Positions 14,226 through 25,383 of a stretch of 64,000 bases of DNA are shown here, one piece after another. Position numbers and translations under genes: made by a program. This DNA comes from Eledone cirrhosa (taxonomy: Eukaryota): NCBI GenBank assembly GCA_964016885.1, contig OZ024742.1, positions 363,196,001 to 363,260,000 on the forward strand, written 5' to 3'. Below the pieces are notes generated by a model, which saw only the letters and a program-made list of their open reading frames with translations, made no database searches and was not told the origin of the DNA. The first letter of the stretch is position 1; every line of letters starts with the position of its first letter.

Positions 14226-15318
14226 GGCTATAACACCCCAGTTGCCGATTTTGCAATGGGTAACCCCTGCTTGCCAAGGAAGACGTAAGATCTTCTTTGT
14301 ATTCTTTTATCGCATCCTTTATTTCCTTCCCCCCTCTCTCCTTTGTCCTTCTACCCCAGCTCTTCTCCTTTGTCGGCGTCTTTTCTCGCCCACCCGAGGC
14401 TGCCCTTTGGCCCCATGTAGCCTTAGTACCCCCACTCCCCCCTCCCCTAGTCTTTGATAGATTTGGCGGACTCCGCCCTTTATAGCAGTTGGCTTAGACC
14501 CCGGATACTTGCCCCCCTTTTCCGACCGCTCCCACTATTCTCTGTGCCCTCTATATTTCTTAGCGGCACTTATGCCTTATTTTTTCGTTTCAGTATTTCT
14601 TGCTTCGCTTTTCTTCTGGGCGGGGTGGATTCTGAACTTACTTCTCCGTATTCTACCTTTATTTCGTACGAACTTTCATGTAGCTTGTTTTAGATCTTTT
14701 AGAGTTAGCATTAGTATATATTTTTCCCGGGACTCAGAATTATTATGTCGTACAAGTTCACTTTGCTGCACTGGGTCGTTGCTGGCCCGGGATGGAAACC
14801 TTTATTGTTTATTTCGTGGTAGTCTCTTTAGTATTTTGGCCCCTTTTGTCGACCAGTCACCGTATCATTTACGTACTTATACCTCTTAAAAGGGTCTTTG
14901 CCTAATTCGTCCCACCTAGTTCTTTTACTTATTTCCTTATTTATTTATTTATTTATTTATTTACTTCTTTCTTTCTTTCTTTATTTTATTCTCGCCTAAC
15001 AATAGCCTGACACCTAGGTTGTAGAATTTAATTTTTTCTTTACACTTATTTGCTTTTCTTCACTCTCAGTATTTTTTCTTTCCTATTTTTACCCCCCATT
15101 GTTCTACCTACCGTTCCGACTTCCTCCCCCTCCCCCTCCCCTGTATCTTCTTTGACCTCATGCCCAGCTGTAGCTGGCACTACCAACGCTTGATTGGGTC
15201 TACTCCACCCCCTCCCCTCTTTCTCCTACTGGCAGGTTTAGCCACCATCTCCCCTACTAATTTGCAACCACAGAATTACTACTGATTTTTGACAATCACT
15301 TTGACCATATATGGAATT

Positions 15319-15412
15319 ACCCCTTGAGAAGATCGGCTATTTAAATACCAGGATAAATGTTCATTTAGTCCAGAATTAGCCGTCGAAACGGCTTGAGCTC
15401 AGCTGTCGGGGT
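15319..15412 (+). ncRNA. Type I hammerhead ribozyme, U3-A8 variant with extended stem II
   Basis: ACCCC-UUGAGAA-GA(U)CGGCUA...UAGCCGUC-GAAA-CGGC(UUGAGCUCA)GCUG-UC^GGGGU; predicted cleavage after 15407. Confidence 0.8.
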
Positions 15413-15422
15413 CTTACTGGTT

Positions 15423-15520
<98 letters not shown>

Positions 15521-15532
15521 TATACATATATA

Positions 15533-15613
<81 letters not shown>

Positions 15614-15662
15614 TGTGTGTGTGTATCGATCTATCTATCTATCTCTCTCTCTCTATATATAT

Positions 15663-15809
15663 ATAAGAAGAAATTAAAAGATGGTTAAAAAAGTTCCATG
15701 TATTTTATTTGATGAGATCGCAAATATCGTCCCAGGATGATATTTGTTTTTGAAATGCGCATAATAAAATACGTGGAACTTTTTTAACCATCTTTTAATT
15801 TCTTCTTAT
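15663..15809 (+). mobile_element. Family C miniature: single HHR (15703-15769) flanked by inverted tail copies
   Basis: Homologous to 28893-28990; about 46-bp terminal inverted repeat continuous with HHR stem I. Confidence 0.8.
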
Positions 15810-16043
15810 ATATACTCCAGTCCAATAAACAGTTGAGTGGTACCTATCCGATATTTGCATTGCTTTATCGTGCTACAATAAAACTCACCTCCTACATATA
15901 TGTATATGTATATATATACATACACGCACCACAACGCATGGATGCATAATTTCAACAAACACATGTGTGTATATATATATGTCCCAAGGCTCTGATACAA
16001 TCAACATCATAAACAGAGAGCTGGCATATCTAAGAACTGACTA

Positions 16044-16099
16044 ACTGCCTGATAAGGTCATAACCGCTCAATGGCTATCATCGAAATATATATAGCAGT
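16044..16099 (+). ncRNA. Degenerate type I hammerhead
   Basis: ACUGC-CUGAUAA-imperfect stem II-GAAA-UAUAUA-UA^GCAGU. Confidence 0.6.
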
Positions 16100-16160
16100 A
16101 AATAAAGGATTATGAGTTCATGTAATTGACTTATGTTTCGTCACTATATATATATATATA

Positions 16161-16535
16161 GGGAATGTAATGTCCAGTTACTGTAGTTCCACCAAAGTGA
16201 GCATTAAATACGTAGTTTCCAGTCGGTAAAGAGGTGTAGAACTAAGCAGAGTGTAATTATAATAATAATAAAAAGTACGATTAGTTATCTCTTCATTACC
16301 TTTATTGAGTAGTGAGGCGCGTTTCGCTATTGATCAGCTTAAGGTTCGATCTGTATCGATCTAACTCGACTCTGGAATCAAAATCTCGTCGGAACTCTGC
16401 TCTATCATTACGACAGCAGAGTTCTGACGAGCTTTTGATACCAGAATCGGGCTAAATTGAACCTTGAGCTGATCAATAGCGAAACGCGCTTCACTACTCA
16501 ATAAACGCAATGAAGACATAACAAATCGACATTAT
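16161..16535. mobile_element. Older palindromic twin-HHR element with tail on the left
   Basis: Imperfect inverted repeat about 16278-16530; CUGACGA-GCU (16424) ... AGC-GAAACGCG (16481) mirrored on the minus strand. Confidence 0.65.
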
Positions 16536-16544
16536 TGTCCCTTT

Positions 16545-16661
16545 ACGGACTGAGTTCAAATCCCGCTGAGGTTAACTTTGCCTTTCATCCTTACGGGGCC
16601 GATAAAATGAAGTACCAGTAATGCGCTGGTTATTTGCTGGCTTTGTGCCAAAAGTAGAGAC

Positions 16662-16664
<3 letters not shown>
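16545..16664 (+). mobile_element. tRNA-derived SINE (family 1), 5'-truncated
   Basis: B-box and shared core. Confidence 0.8.
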
Positions 16665-16695
<31 letters not shown>

Positions 16696-16961
16696 GGAAC
16701 AAATGAAACGAAATTTCAATTCTCACTCTTAGTACGGCTGTTACATGAATATAAGTATGTATACGTACATACATATATGTACACAGACGTACAGTAGTAT
16801 ATATATATATATATACATACATGCACACATATATAAATGTACGTATGGATTCACCGAACATTTATTATAATGCGTGGTGTGTTTGTAAACAAACATCCCG
16901 AATTAAGCCGTACAGTGTCTAGCAACCATCGTTGCTCATTTCTTCAACACTGACAAAGGAA

Positions 16962-17002
16962 CGCTGTACTAGTTTCAAGCTTATTAGCTATCGTCAGCAA
17001 CG
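16962..17002 (-). ncRNA. Minimal type I hammerhead (family E)
   Basis: CGUUG-CUGACGA-U-AGCU(AAUA)AGCU-U-GAAA-CUAG-UA^CAGCG. Confidence 0.8.
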
Positions 17003-17647
17003 TATACATTCCTGCCAGATGGTTGAACGTCTGAAAGTATATATTTTCCTTATGCATATTAACGGCTGAGCAGCCTAATTTGCATATCGAGTGAGTTAAT
17101 CGGCCGGGGTACCGAAAACGATAAACGGAAAAAATGAAACGAAATTTCCTTTCTCACTCTTAGTACGGATGTTACTTAAATATAAGTATGTATGCGTACA
17201 CACATATATGTATACAGACGTAGAGTAGTATGTATATATATATACATACATGCACACATATGTATATGTACGTATGCATTCACCGAACATTTATGTATGT
17301 AGACACTGTACGGCTCAATACGGGATGTTTGTTTACAAACACACCGAGCATTATAATAAATGTTCGGTGAATCCATACGTACATATATATATGTGTGCAT
17401 GTATGTATATATATATACATACTACTGTACGTCTGTATACTTATATGTATGTACGTATACATACTTATATATAAGTAACAGCCGTACTAAGAGTGAGAAA
17501 TGAAATTTCGTTTCATTTTTTCCGTTTATCGTTTTCGGTACCCCAGCCGATTAACTCACTCGATATGCAAATTAGGCTGCTCAGCCGTTAATATGCATAA
17601 GGAAAGTGTATACTTTCAAACGTTCAACCATCTGGCAGGAAGGTATA

Positions 17648-17688
17648 TTTTGCTGACGATAGCTAATAAGCTTGAAACTAGTACATCG
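17648..17688 (+). ncRNA. Minimal type I hammerhead (family E)
   Basis: CUGACGA...GAAACUAGUA^CAUCG; stem I partly eroded. Confidence 0.7.
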
Positions 17689-18080
17689 TTCCTTTGTCAG
17701 TGTTGAACAAATGAGCAACGATGGTTGCTAGACACTGTACGGCTTAATTCGGGATGTTTGTTTACAAACACACCGAGCATTATAATAAATGTTCGGTGAA
17801 TCCATACGTACATATATATGTGTGTGCATGTATGTATATATATATATATACATACTACTGTACGCCTGTATACTTATATGTATGTACGTATACATACTTA
17901 TATATAAGTAACAGCCGTACTAAGAGGGAGAAATGAAATTTCGTTTCATTTTTTCCGTTTATCGTTTTCGGTACCCCGGCCGATTAACTCACTCGATATG
18001 CAAATTAGGCTGCTCAGCCGTTAATATGCATAAGGAAAGTGTATACTTTCAGACGTTCAACCATCTGGCAGGAAGGTATA

Positions 18081-18121
18081 TTTTGCTGACGATAGCTAAT
18101 AAGCTTGAAACTAGTACATCA
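18081..18121 (+). ncRNA. Minimal type I hammerhead (family E)
   Basis: Next tandem copy, 433 bp downstream. Confidence 0.7.
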
Positions 18122-18312
18122 TTCCTTTGTCAGTGTTGAACAAATGAGCAACGATGGTTGCTAGACACTGTACGGCTTAATTCGGGATGTTTGTTTACAA
18201 ACACACCGAGCATTATAATAAATGTTCGGTGAATCCATACGTACATATATATATATGTGTGCCTGTATGTATATATATATACATACTACTGTACGACTGT
18301 ATACATATATGT

Positions 18313-18603
18313 ATCATCTTGGTTAAGAGAGTGGGACTGGCTTTGTGCAGTGCCTTTGCTCACTATAAAAGCTTCACGGCACAGGCATTGCTTTGTATCT
18401 GGAGATCTCTCTGCACTTGTCGTCACATGGTGCCATGGGCCAGCACTATGTGTCAATAATTTTCACAGGTGCAGTGTTTGTACCAGAGTTTTCAAGTCGC
18501 TGGCTGGACTAAAATGTCACACTTGTTTAGCGCATCGGTAGGGGTTCTCTTACATGCATATAAAGTAGTGGCCGTACTCGAAAACGAGTTGGCAGCCACC
18601 ACC
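18313..18603 (+). mobile_element. RTE-derived non-autonomous element, 3' part
   Basis: Matches 57995-58283; encodes remnant C2H2 finger CSVCTRVFKSLAGLKCHTCLAHR typical of RTE ORF ends. Confidence 0.7.
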
Positions 18604-18618
18604 CTATACGTATACATA

Positions 18619-18692
<74 letters not shown>

Positions 18693-18711
18693 GATATATA
18701 GATATATATCA

Positions 18712-18726
18712 ACTAGAAATTGATTG

Positions 18727-18761
<35 letters not shown>

Positions 18762-19542
18762 AGATAAACACATGAAACAATCACAGGGGATAATTTGTAA
18801 AGTGTGTAATCACATATAGCTAGGTAGGTAACTAATTAAAGTTTAACTACAGCTTCAAATATTACCTTTACAAAAAAAAGATTAATCTTTCTTGTATATA
18901 TTTCATTATGTAATTAATTTAATTAAATTCTATGGTGGATATGGCTCATGTGCCGGACATGACTCCCTGAATTTAATTTAATTAATTTTGGATATATACA
19001 CGGCTCCTTAATTGTAGAGCTAACTCAGTTGAAAGGACTCGGCTGCTATTTATAGCTGTCAATCACCCTATTCACGCCACTGGGATGACGCTAGCATGTT
19101 GTTAGTAGTTTTAGAATTGCAACACGTGCGATGGGTCACTCGCAGATTTGCATTTGATGTGTAAACACAGAAAGTTAAATCTTCTCCCTTACTGAAGATC
19201 CGTCATTTGACTACTGTTACTTTACGGATTAATGGTGAAATATATTTCTTTAATGAAATATATACAAGGAAGATTAATCTTTTTTTTAAAAGGTAATATT
19301 TGAAGCTCTAGTTAAACTTTAATTAGTTACCTACCTAACTATGTGTGATTACACACTTTACAAATTATCCCCTGTGATTGTTTCATGTGTTTATTTTAAA
19401 TATATATATGTCAATCAATTTCTAGTTGATATAAAATATTCGGATCTATTCATTGGTATCTTTGAGCTTATTCTACGGTGGATATGGTGCATGTCTCGCA
19501 CATGACTCCCTTAATTTAATTTAATTTAATTTAATTAATTTT

Positions 19543-19546
<4 letters not shown>
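18712..19546. mobile_element. Family F: inverted arm plus partial-tandem 543-bp HHR monomer
   Basis: 18712-18908 inverts about 19251-19432; 18928-18997 repeats directly at 19471-19546. Confidence 0.75.
19186..19270 (+). ncRNA. Type I hammerhead with branched stem II (family F)
   Basis: CCUUA-CUGAAGA-...-GAAA-UAUA-UA^CAAGG. Confidence 0.55.
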
Positions 19547-19597
<51 letters not shown>

Positions 19598-19610
19598 TAT
19601 GTATGTATGT

Positions 19611-19727
19611 AGGGATACGGGAATCAGTAGACAGGACCTGGGGGCGGCGATGGGGTACAGGGAATTCTGGGGCATGAGAGTGAGATCCATCATCTCGACA
19701 GTAGTCGACGAATGATGATGATGATAT
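19611..19727 (+). mobile_element. Extreme 3' end of an RTE-like LINE with (GAT)n tail
   Basis: DTGISRQDLGAAMGYREFW...VVDE* followed by TGATGATGAT. Confidence 0.55.
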
Positions 19728-19732
19728 GTATA

Positions 19733-20110
19733 TGTTAATATGCATAAGGAAAGTATATACTTTCAGACGTTCAACCATCTGGCAGGAAGGTATACGATGC
19801 TGACGATAGCTAAGCTAATAAACTTGAAATTAGTACATCGTTCCTGTGTCAGTTTTGATCAAAACGGTGACGTGGTTGCCTAAACATTGTACGGCGTAAT
19901 TCGGGCTGTTTGTTTGTTTACAAACGAACAAACCGAGCATTATAATAAATATTCGGTAAACCGATACGTGCATATATATATGTGTGCATGTATGTATATA
20001 TATACATACTACTGTTCGTCTGTATACATATATGTATGTACGTATACATACATACTTACACTTAAGTAAGTGCCGTACTAAGAGTGAGAAATGAAATTTC
20101 GTTTCATTCT
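19733..20110 (+). mobile_element. Diverged partial family E monomer with HHR at 19795-19840
   Basis: Homologous to 17587-17950; stem I CGAUG/CAUCG perfect. Confidence 0.8.
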
Positions 20111-21135
20111 ATTCCATTTTTAAATATATATATAATTTTAAATATATATATACATATATATATATATATAAAATATTAAACAAATAATGAACAAACAATT
20201 CCTTATATTAAACAAAAAAAGTTCACTATTTAACGATCGTTTCTAGGGCATATATGTGTTATAATTGGTATGCATATTTAACAGATCTATGTACAAAATT
20301 ATACAAAATTATACAAATTATCAAGATTAAATATACATACCTAACTCATATATACGCCGTCTTCAGAAATAATGAAGTATATTTATTGATAATAACAACA
20401 ATTCAAAATATCAGTTCAAAATTGACCAATGAAAACACAAAGGGTTAAAAGCAGTTTGGTGTGTGTATATATATGTAAAAACCTTACACATATTTTACAA
20501 TAATGTGTGTATAATTTGTATGTGTATACTAAAAAGATGGATGTAAACACAAAATTTCAAGGTTAATATCTCTGTAAGCTTAATGCGCTGATAAGATACG
20601 CAAAGATACTTATGGAGTCAAGCATATAAATATATTTTTTTCATACTCACACACATCAGTATAATCACATATAACTGTGCGTATATGCATAAATATACAC
20701 ATAACCACGAACATACAAACACACACACTCCCCCACTCACATTTATATATGTGGATATAAAATCATAAGCAAATAGAAATTAAGTCACTCACATAAAAAC
20801 ACTGGTACATACATTTCAAGATCAAGATACAGAAATTAGGTGGGAGGGGGGGGGGAGGGGTCAGTATTAGATTGTCAGACCAGACAGCCTAAAATAAATG
20901 TATCTATAAATTAAGAAAAATAAAAAAATAAAAACAATAAAATATAATAAATGTACATACACATACAGATATACATACACATACATACATGTACGCGCAC
21001 ATAGAGATATCTACACATACATACATACACACATACCTATATTGTCATACACACACATACATTTACACGAACATACACATACACATATAAAAAGATATAA
21101 ATACACACACACTCACGCGCAACACATACACACAT

Positions 21136-21186
<51 letters not shown>

Positions 21187-21295
21187 TACACACACACATA
21201 GACTCATATATATATATATATACATATACACATATATATACAAACATATATATCCCCACACTCATACCACCATAAATATATATACAAACACCCAC

Positions 21296-21333
<38 letters not shown>

Positions 21334-21761
21334 CCACATACACACACGTACACATATATATATATATATATATACACATATATACACATATAATATATAG
21401 TTATCTGATTCAGAAATATTATATGGAGTAGCGAAACAATTGTAAACGGACATTATTATTATTAATATTATTATTATTATTATTATTCTCTACATTCCTT
21501 ACATCAAACTAAAATATGTTGACAATCTTTTCATAATGTCTTTCTTGTGAAATTTGTGGTCTTGTTTTGCTTAACTAATGAATATTTGTAGCTCTGCGCA
21601 TCTAACTTCTGCATGAACCCAGCCACCTAGCTTCTTTCTACTGCATATTGCACATTGAGCACATGCCTTTACGCTTTGGCTTCTAACTAATTCACCAATC
21701 TCTCCTCTAATATCTCCTCTCCTATCTCCATCTCTCTCTTTAAGATTGGTTACTCTTGAAC

Positions 21762-21834
<73 letters not shown>

Positions 21835-22104
21835 ATAATAATAAATTTGAAGACTAAAATCCAAAGAGGGCTCGATAAGGATAAATATATATCAAATATA
21901 TAAGAACCGTAGAGCAAATATTTATTAAAATAACAGATTAAAGTTTAAGCAAAGAATCGCTGCTTTCACCCTTAACGGGATCTTCTGAAACTAACAAAGT
22001 CAATCTGTAAACGCAGAAGTGGGTGGATATTTCAAAAAACGTTGCAACCGGAGGAAGACAGGAAGACGATACTTTGGTTCGTGGAAACGTATATATATAA
22101 TAAC

Positions 22105-22152
<48 letters not shown>

Positions 22153-22447
22153 TTATCCGTAGTGCTGTAATATGAATATTATACACAGTAGATGGACAGC
22201 TCACGTAGGGTTTGCTCGACGGTTCCAGTTGTAGTTTCAAAAGTAATCCGGAGAAAATAGAAGGATTTAAATAGATACAGTTCAGTAAAAGGAATTTATT
22301 GACACGTGTTTCAATAACAGTTATTAACCTGAAAACAGCTGCTATCTACAGAGTATTAATTATGCAGACACTCAATATTTCAATGTTATTTTCAACTACC
22401 ATTTCATCAGAATAATATCATTGAGAACTTGTTTGGTTTTTATAGAG

Positions 22448-22519
<72 letters not shown>

Positions 22520-23038
22520 TGCCTCCTCGTTATCGAGTATGGCCATTGCACGATATACCATTATTATGAATTATTAATTAATTCCATCGTGCAATGCCTG
22601 TGCGTAAAGTTATTTTTAAAGTGAAGAAATAGTGTGCTGAGCCAATCTCACTCACTGAGTGACAGTAGCTATAAGACGCCAAGAAGAAAAGATCAACATC
22701 ATCGGTAAATATTGAGCCGCAGGTTGGAGTTGTCACCGGTTCCTGAATTGCCTTCTTCTAGAAGAATGCCCTGACAAAGGCTAGGGGTCCTTCACTCCCA
22801 GTGCTATAACCACGTGAACGGGTATCCAGCCCGACTACATCTATGTCACTGCGCATACACATACACATACATATGTACATGTGTATATACATATTTACAC
22901 ATTTTTGGATGGCCATTGACTCTTATGAGTTCTTCTCTATATATATGTATATATATATGTATCTATGTATACATATATATTTATTTATACACACACACAC
23001 ACACATATATTTATATATATATATAAATAAATAAATAA

Positions 23039-23096
<58 letters not shown>

Positions 23097-23322
23097 ATAT
23101 ATATATATGGATAAATATATATTCTTATAGAAGGCTATTGATGTTTGGCGATTCCTTAAAATCTTTCTCTGTGTGTTGAATAAAGATCGATAAAATCTCT
23201 ACACAATGGTAATTTTTTTAACAGGTCTATATATATGATGGTGTTGAACATATTGATCTTTATAGGTATATATATACGGGAGACGTCGGATTTAATAAGA
23301 GCAACATTGAGGTTTCTATAGG

Positions 23323-23522
23323 NNNNNNNNNNNNNNNNNNNNNNNNNNNNNNNNNNNNNNNNNNNNNNNNNNNNNNNNNNNNNNNNNNNNNNNNNNNNNN
23401 NNNNNNNNNNNNNNNNNNNNNNNNNNNNNNNNNNNNNNNNNNNNNNNNNNNNNNNNNNNNNNNNNNNNNNNNNNNNNNNNNNNNNNNNNNNNNNNNNNNN
23501 NNNNNNNNNNNNNNNNNNNNNN
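23323..23522. other. Assembly gap (200 N)
   Basis: Direct reading. Confidence 1.
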
Positions 23523-23570
<48 letters not shown>

Positions 23571-23575
23571 TGTGT

Positions 23576-23622
<47 letters not shown>

Positions 23623-24050
23623 TGTCTGTCTGTCTGTGTCTGTCTTTGTCTGTGTCTGTGTGTGTGTGTGTGTGTGTTTGAGTGTATTTGTGTGTGTGTA
23701 AGTTTGTGTTGTGTTGACAACCAGAAAATATAACGATGGGCAAATATCAATAATTACTCTCAATATTTCAGCCATGTCTCAGTGATCAGGTTTCGATTCC
23801 CATTAACACAGATTTCACGTCATTCCAAATACAATTTCCCTATAGAAACCTCAATGTTGCTCTTATTAAATCCGACGTCTCCCGTATATATATACCTATA
23901 AAGATCAATATGTTCAACACCATCATATATATAGACCTGTTAAAAAAATTACCATTGTGTAGAGATTTTATCGATCTTTATTCAACACACAGAGAAAGAT
24001 TTTAAGGAATCGCCAAACATCAATAGCCTTCTATAAGAATATATATTTAT

Positions 24051-24108
<58 letters not shown>

Positions 24109-24294
24109 TATTTATTTATTTATATATATATATAAATATATGTGTGTGTGTGTGTGTATAAATAAATATATATGTATACATAGATACATATATATATACA
24201 TATATATAGAGAAGAACTCATAAGAGTCAATGGCCATCCAAAAATGTGTAAATATGTATATACACATGTACATATGTATGTGTATGTGTATGCG

Positions 24295-24626
24295 CAGTGA
24301 CATAGATGTAGTCGGGCTGGATACCCGTTCACGTGGTTATAGCACTGGGAGTGAAGGACCCCTAGCCTTTGTCAGGGCATTCTTCTAGAAGAAGGCAATT
24401 CAGGAACCGGTGACAACTCCAACCTGCGGCTCAATATTTACCGATGATGTTGATCTTTTCTTCTTGGCGTCTTATAGCTACTGTCACTCAGTGAGTGAGA
24501 TTGGCTCAGCACACTATTTCTTCACTTTAAAAATAACTTTACGCACAGGCATTGCACGATGGAATTAATTAATAATTCATAATAATGGTATATCGTGCAA
24601 TGGCCATACTCGATAACGAGGAGGCA

Positions 24627-24633
<7 letters not shown>
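24295..24633 (+). mobile_element. RTE-derived non-autonomous element (mirror at 22513-22850; relative at 60935-61124)
   Basis: 3' end GGCCATACTCGATAACGAGGAGGCAGCCATC(AT)n related to 58253-58283. Confidence 0.6.
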
Positions 24634-24716
<83 letters not shown>

Positions 24717-24748
24717 CTCTATAAAAACCAAACAAGTTCTCAATGATA

Positions 24749-24868
24749 TTATTCTGATGAAATGGTAGTTGAAAATAACATTGAAATATTGAGTGTCTGC
24801 ATAATTAATACTCTGTAGATAGCAGCTGTTTTCAGGTTAATAACTGTTATTGAAACACGTGTCAATAA
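24749..24868 (+). ncRNA. Type I hammerhead with about 70-nt stem II insertion (mirror 22296-22415, minus)
   Basis: UUAUU-CUGAUGA-AAUGGUAGUU...AACUGUUAUU-GAAA-CACGUG-UC^AAUAA. Confidence 0.85.
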
Positions 24869-25011
24869 ATTCCTTTTACTGAACTGTATCTATTTAAATC
24901 CTTCTATTTTCTCCGGATTACTTTTGAAACTACAACTGGAACCGTCGAGCAAACCCTACGTGAGCTGTCCATCTACTGTGTATAATATTCATATTACAGC
25001 ACTACGGATAA

Positions 25012-25075
<64 letters not shown>

Positions 25076-25187
25076 GTTATTATATATATACGTTTCCACG
25101 AACCAAAGTATCGTCTTCCTGTCTTCCTCCGGTTGCAACGTTTTTTGAAATATCCACCCACTTCTGCGTTTACAGATTGACTTTGTT

Positions 25188-25238
25188 AGTTTCAGAAGAT
25201 CCCGTTAAGGGTGAAAGCAGCGATTCTTTGCTTAAACT
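25188..25238 (+). ncRNA. Type I hammerhead with one core change (mirror 21942-21992, minus)
   Basis: AGUUU-CAGAAGA-U-CCC(GUUAA)GGG-U-GAAA-GCA...UGC-UU^AAACU. Confidence 0.65.
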
Positions 25239-25345
25239 TTAATCTGTTATTTTAATAAATATTTGCTCTACGGTTCTTATATATTTGATATATATTTATC
25301 CTTATCGAGCCCTCTTTGGATTTTAGTCTTCAAATTTATTATTAT

Positions 25346-25379
<34 letters not shown>

Positions 25380-25383
<4 letters not shown>

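Larger units (their letters stand above)
9358..15427. mobile_element. Young Nematis-type Penelope-like element (family A) with 2.72-kb inverted arms
   Basis: 9435-12158 is the reverse complement of 12703-15427 (one substitution and one G-run indel noticed); unique tail 9358-9434; both ends in (TA)n. Confidence 0.95.
16691..18625. mobile_element. Retrozyme-like array (family E): 433-bp non-coding monomer, about 1.4 inverted plus 2.3 direct copies
   Basis: Period 433 (HHR cores at 17653 and 18086); 16691-17295 is the inverted arm; interrupted by an RTE-derived piece at 18313-18603. Confidence 0.85.

Noticed and set aside
14242-14889. Hydrophobic ORFs downstream of the PLE ORF and their mirrors at 9973-10620
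   Set aside because: Pyrimidine-rich PLE 3' UTR; no recognisable motifs; duplicated only because of the inverted arm
17500-18139. Repeated 68-aa ORF in the 433-bp unit
   Set aside because: No domain signature; identity reflects recent tandem copying, so coding is unsupported
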